A program made the position numbers and the translations under genes. From Octopus bimaculoides (Eukaryota), in the NCBI RefSeq assembly GCF_001194135.2, contig NC_068984.1:120757894-120807741 (forward strand): 49,848 bases of DNA, in the 5' to 3' direction. The notes below the pieces were generated by a model, which was not told the origin of the DNA, made no database searches, and saw only the letters and a program-made list of their open reading frames with translations. How positions within the stretch are numbered: the stretch's first letter is position 1; the number at the start of each line of letters is the position of its first letter. Shown here one piece after another: positions 47,985 to 49,848 of the stretch.

Positions 47985-49244
47985 GTCTGAAATATTTTAA
48001 CCTCTCCTGTTTATTCAGCCACTCCTTATAGGCAGCCATCTTCAACTGGAACTCTTTGATTACTTGTAAGTTTAGCAATAAGATTTCACGCTCTAACAGG
48101 ACAGAAAAAAATCTCTTCCACTGGAATATTTGCTCTCTTGTTTAAAATGTTTGAACATATACAGTGACAGGAATATCTGTTCTCTTGTTTTAAATGTTTT
48201 TTACATTCAGTTGTCCACATGTCGTTGACATGTGGGGAAGGCTGATAGCGAAATTTATTCATATCAAATGTTGATTTTATCGCTTACCTTTCTGTTGCAT
48301 TTAGATAACGTCAAGATTTCTGATTGTTTTCGGTAATTTGGTGCCAAAAACACAATTCGTTAAGATGACCATTCTAATAACAGCGGGAATGTTTCAGAAT
48401 AATCTTATTTGGAGTAAACAGTCAAAACATAACCCCCACTTAAACTGTCGACAAATTTTAAAAGCTGCTGTTGACAGCAATATCTTGACGTTCATCTCTT
48501 AACAGGTCATGTAATCACTCGCCTAATTTTCAAGATATATGTAGCTCACGTAAATAGGGACGTTATCTGCCGATCAATTGGTGAAAGTGTTCAAAAAATC
48601 TAGATACACCATTTTTCATATGTGATATACCACTTTTTATATTCTGTAATTTTTAATTGTAATGCTATGGAAACAGATCTGCCTGATGCAACTTCCATCT
48701 AGACAGAAACCGTACTAAGTATCACTTAGCAAGCAATTTTTCTGGGGTAAAGTAATCACAAGGTAGTAGTACTCCCACATCTAGGACGACACTAATTCTA
48801 CTTACGAAACATTCAAGACAGCAGCCGAAGAAAGGCCACTCCACCAAATTCGACTGGTGGCCTTAAATCGCTCGTCAGCACACTCCAACTTCTGTCCACT
48901 AGTTAGCTGCCTCCTCCCTGTATCTTTTCTATCTCAACTACACTGACGTATGCTTCTTCGAAGCAGTTGGTCTTTCGCAACCTCTTCTCAGACACACTCG
49001 ATTCTGTTGCCATCCCCTCATCTCATCAGTCATACTATGACTCCTCCTCTCCAGTCTCTGAATTAGTCACTACATCTTTCGTCTGCCCAGAACATCGCTT
49101 CTCTAACATTCTTTCTTCATATATTTTCCCTTCCGACATCAGCTTCAAACAGCCTAGATGGTAAGCGAAGACCGCTATGCAAAACGTTACTTATTCAAGT
49201 GAAAAATTAATGCCTAAAACTTGGGGAAATAGTTTTTTTAGTTA

Positions 49245-49445
49245 GGCACATGGCCATGAATTTTGATGGGAAGGGATGATTCGATACTATCGATCCCAGT
49301 GTTTAACTGGTACTTATTTTATCAACCTCAAAAGGATGAAAGGCAAAGTGGACCAAGATAGGATTTGAACTCAAAACCTGTCATCAGAAGAAATAACGTA
49401 AAACATGTTTTTCCGATGTCTTAACGATTCCCCTAGGTCGCTGCC
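49245..49445 (-). mobile_element. SINE family A
   Basis: ggcacatggccatgaatttt...tatcgatcccagtgtttaactggtacttattttatc...ggatgaaaggcaaagtgg...ggatttgaactc. Confidence 0.85.
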
Positions 49446-49467
49446 CTAATCCTTTAGTTTATAGGTC

Positions 49468-49645
49468 TCAAATTTTGGCACAGAGAAGGAGAAATTTTGT
49501 GAAGGGAAGGAGAAGTCGATTACATAGACCCTAGTACTTGACTGGTCCTTCTATTATCGACTCTGGAAGGTTGAAGGGCAAAGTCGTCCGTAAAAACGGA
49601 CGAAATGCCTCTAAGCATTTTGTCCGGTGTGCTTACAGCTCAGCC
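49468..49645 (-). mobile_element. SINE family A (internally deleted)
   Basis: ctcaaattttggcaca...aagtcgattacatagaccctagtac...gggcaaagtcg/ccgtaaaaacggacgaaatgcctctaagcattttgtccgg. Confidence 0.85.
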
Positions 49646-49785
49646 ATCTCATCGCTTTTATTTTATAATAACAAGAACTATTTCGCAGTTTGCATATTTC
49701 CACTCATTTTCAACAAATTTAAGTCGTATGTATGTGTGCGTGTAGGCATATCTGTGTGCACTTGTATGTGTGTGAGAATGTGTAC

Positions 49786-49789
<4 letters not shown>

Positions 49790-49848
<59 letters not shown>
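49790..49848. repeat. (TG)n microsatellite running off the window end
   Basis: Seen directly. Confidence 0.97.

Noticed and set aside
48126-48200. Short 27-bp near-duplicate (atatttgctctcttgtttaaaatgttt / atatctgttctcttgttttaaatgttt)
   Set aside because: Real but ordinary local duplication with no further structure.
48700-49170. CT-rich non-repetitive block with short ORF 48967-49164
   Set aside because: No identifiable motif on either strand; cannot be assigned.

Overview
Eukaryotic, AT-rich, repeat-saturated non-coding DNA with six assembly gaps. It is most likely from an octopod (coleoid cephalopod); this is inferred from recognisable SINE/MITE families and microsatellite density, not from a database search. 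No intact host protein-coding gene, rRNA, true tRNA or CRISPR array is supported, and nearly all long ORFs in the track are microsatellite or N-gap artefacts. The window holds about 30 tRNA-derived SINE copies from several families. It also holds decayed fragments of many autonomous lineages: a multi-kb CR1/L2-type LINE, RTE, R4/Dong, CRE, a Tx1/L1-like ORF1, Penelope-like GIY-YIG elements, a Helitron PIF1 helicase, mariner and Helentron-type non-autonomous elements, and possibly DIRS. The most distinctive structure is a 602-bp nested-palindrome element (47383-47984) with perfect 37-bp TIRs, an 8-bp TSD, a perfect 72-bp inner inverted repeat and a (CCCTAA)n/(TTAGGG)n telomeric-repeat palindrome at its centre. 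Also notable are a 75-bp inverted duplication inside the LINE endonuclease, 190-bp tandem units at the LINE 5' end, a 220-bp imperfect hairpin, and a dispersed repeat carrying an RFX X-box-like plus CRE-like motif pair at conserved spacing. Protein-family calls come from manual translation and remembered family motifs, and boundaries of decayed elements are approximate.
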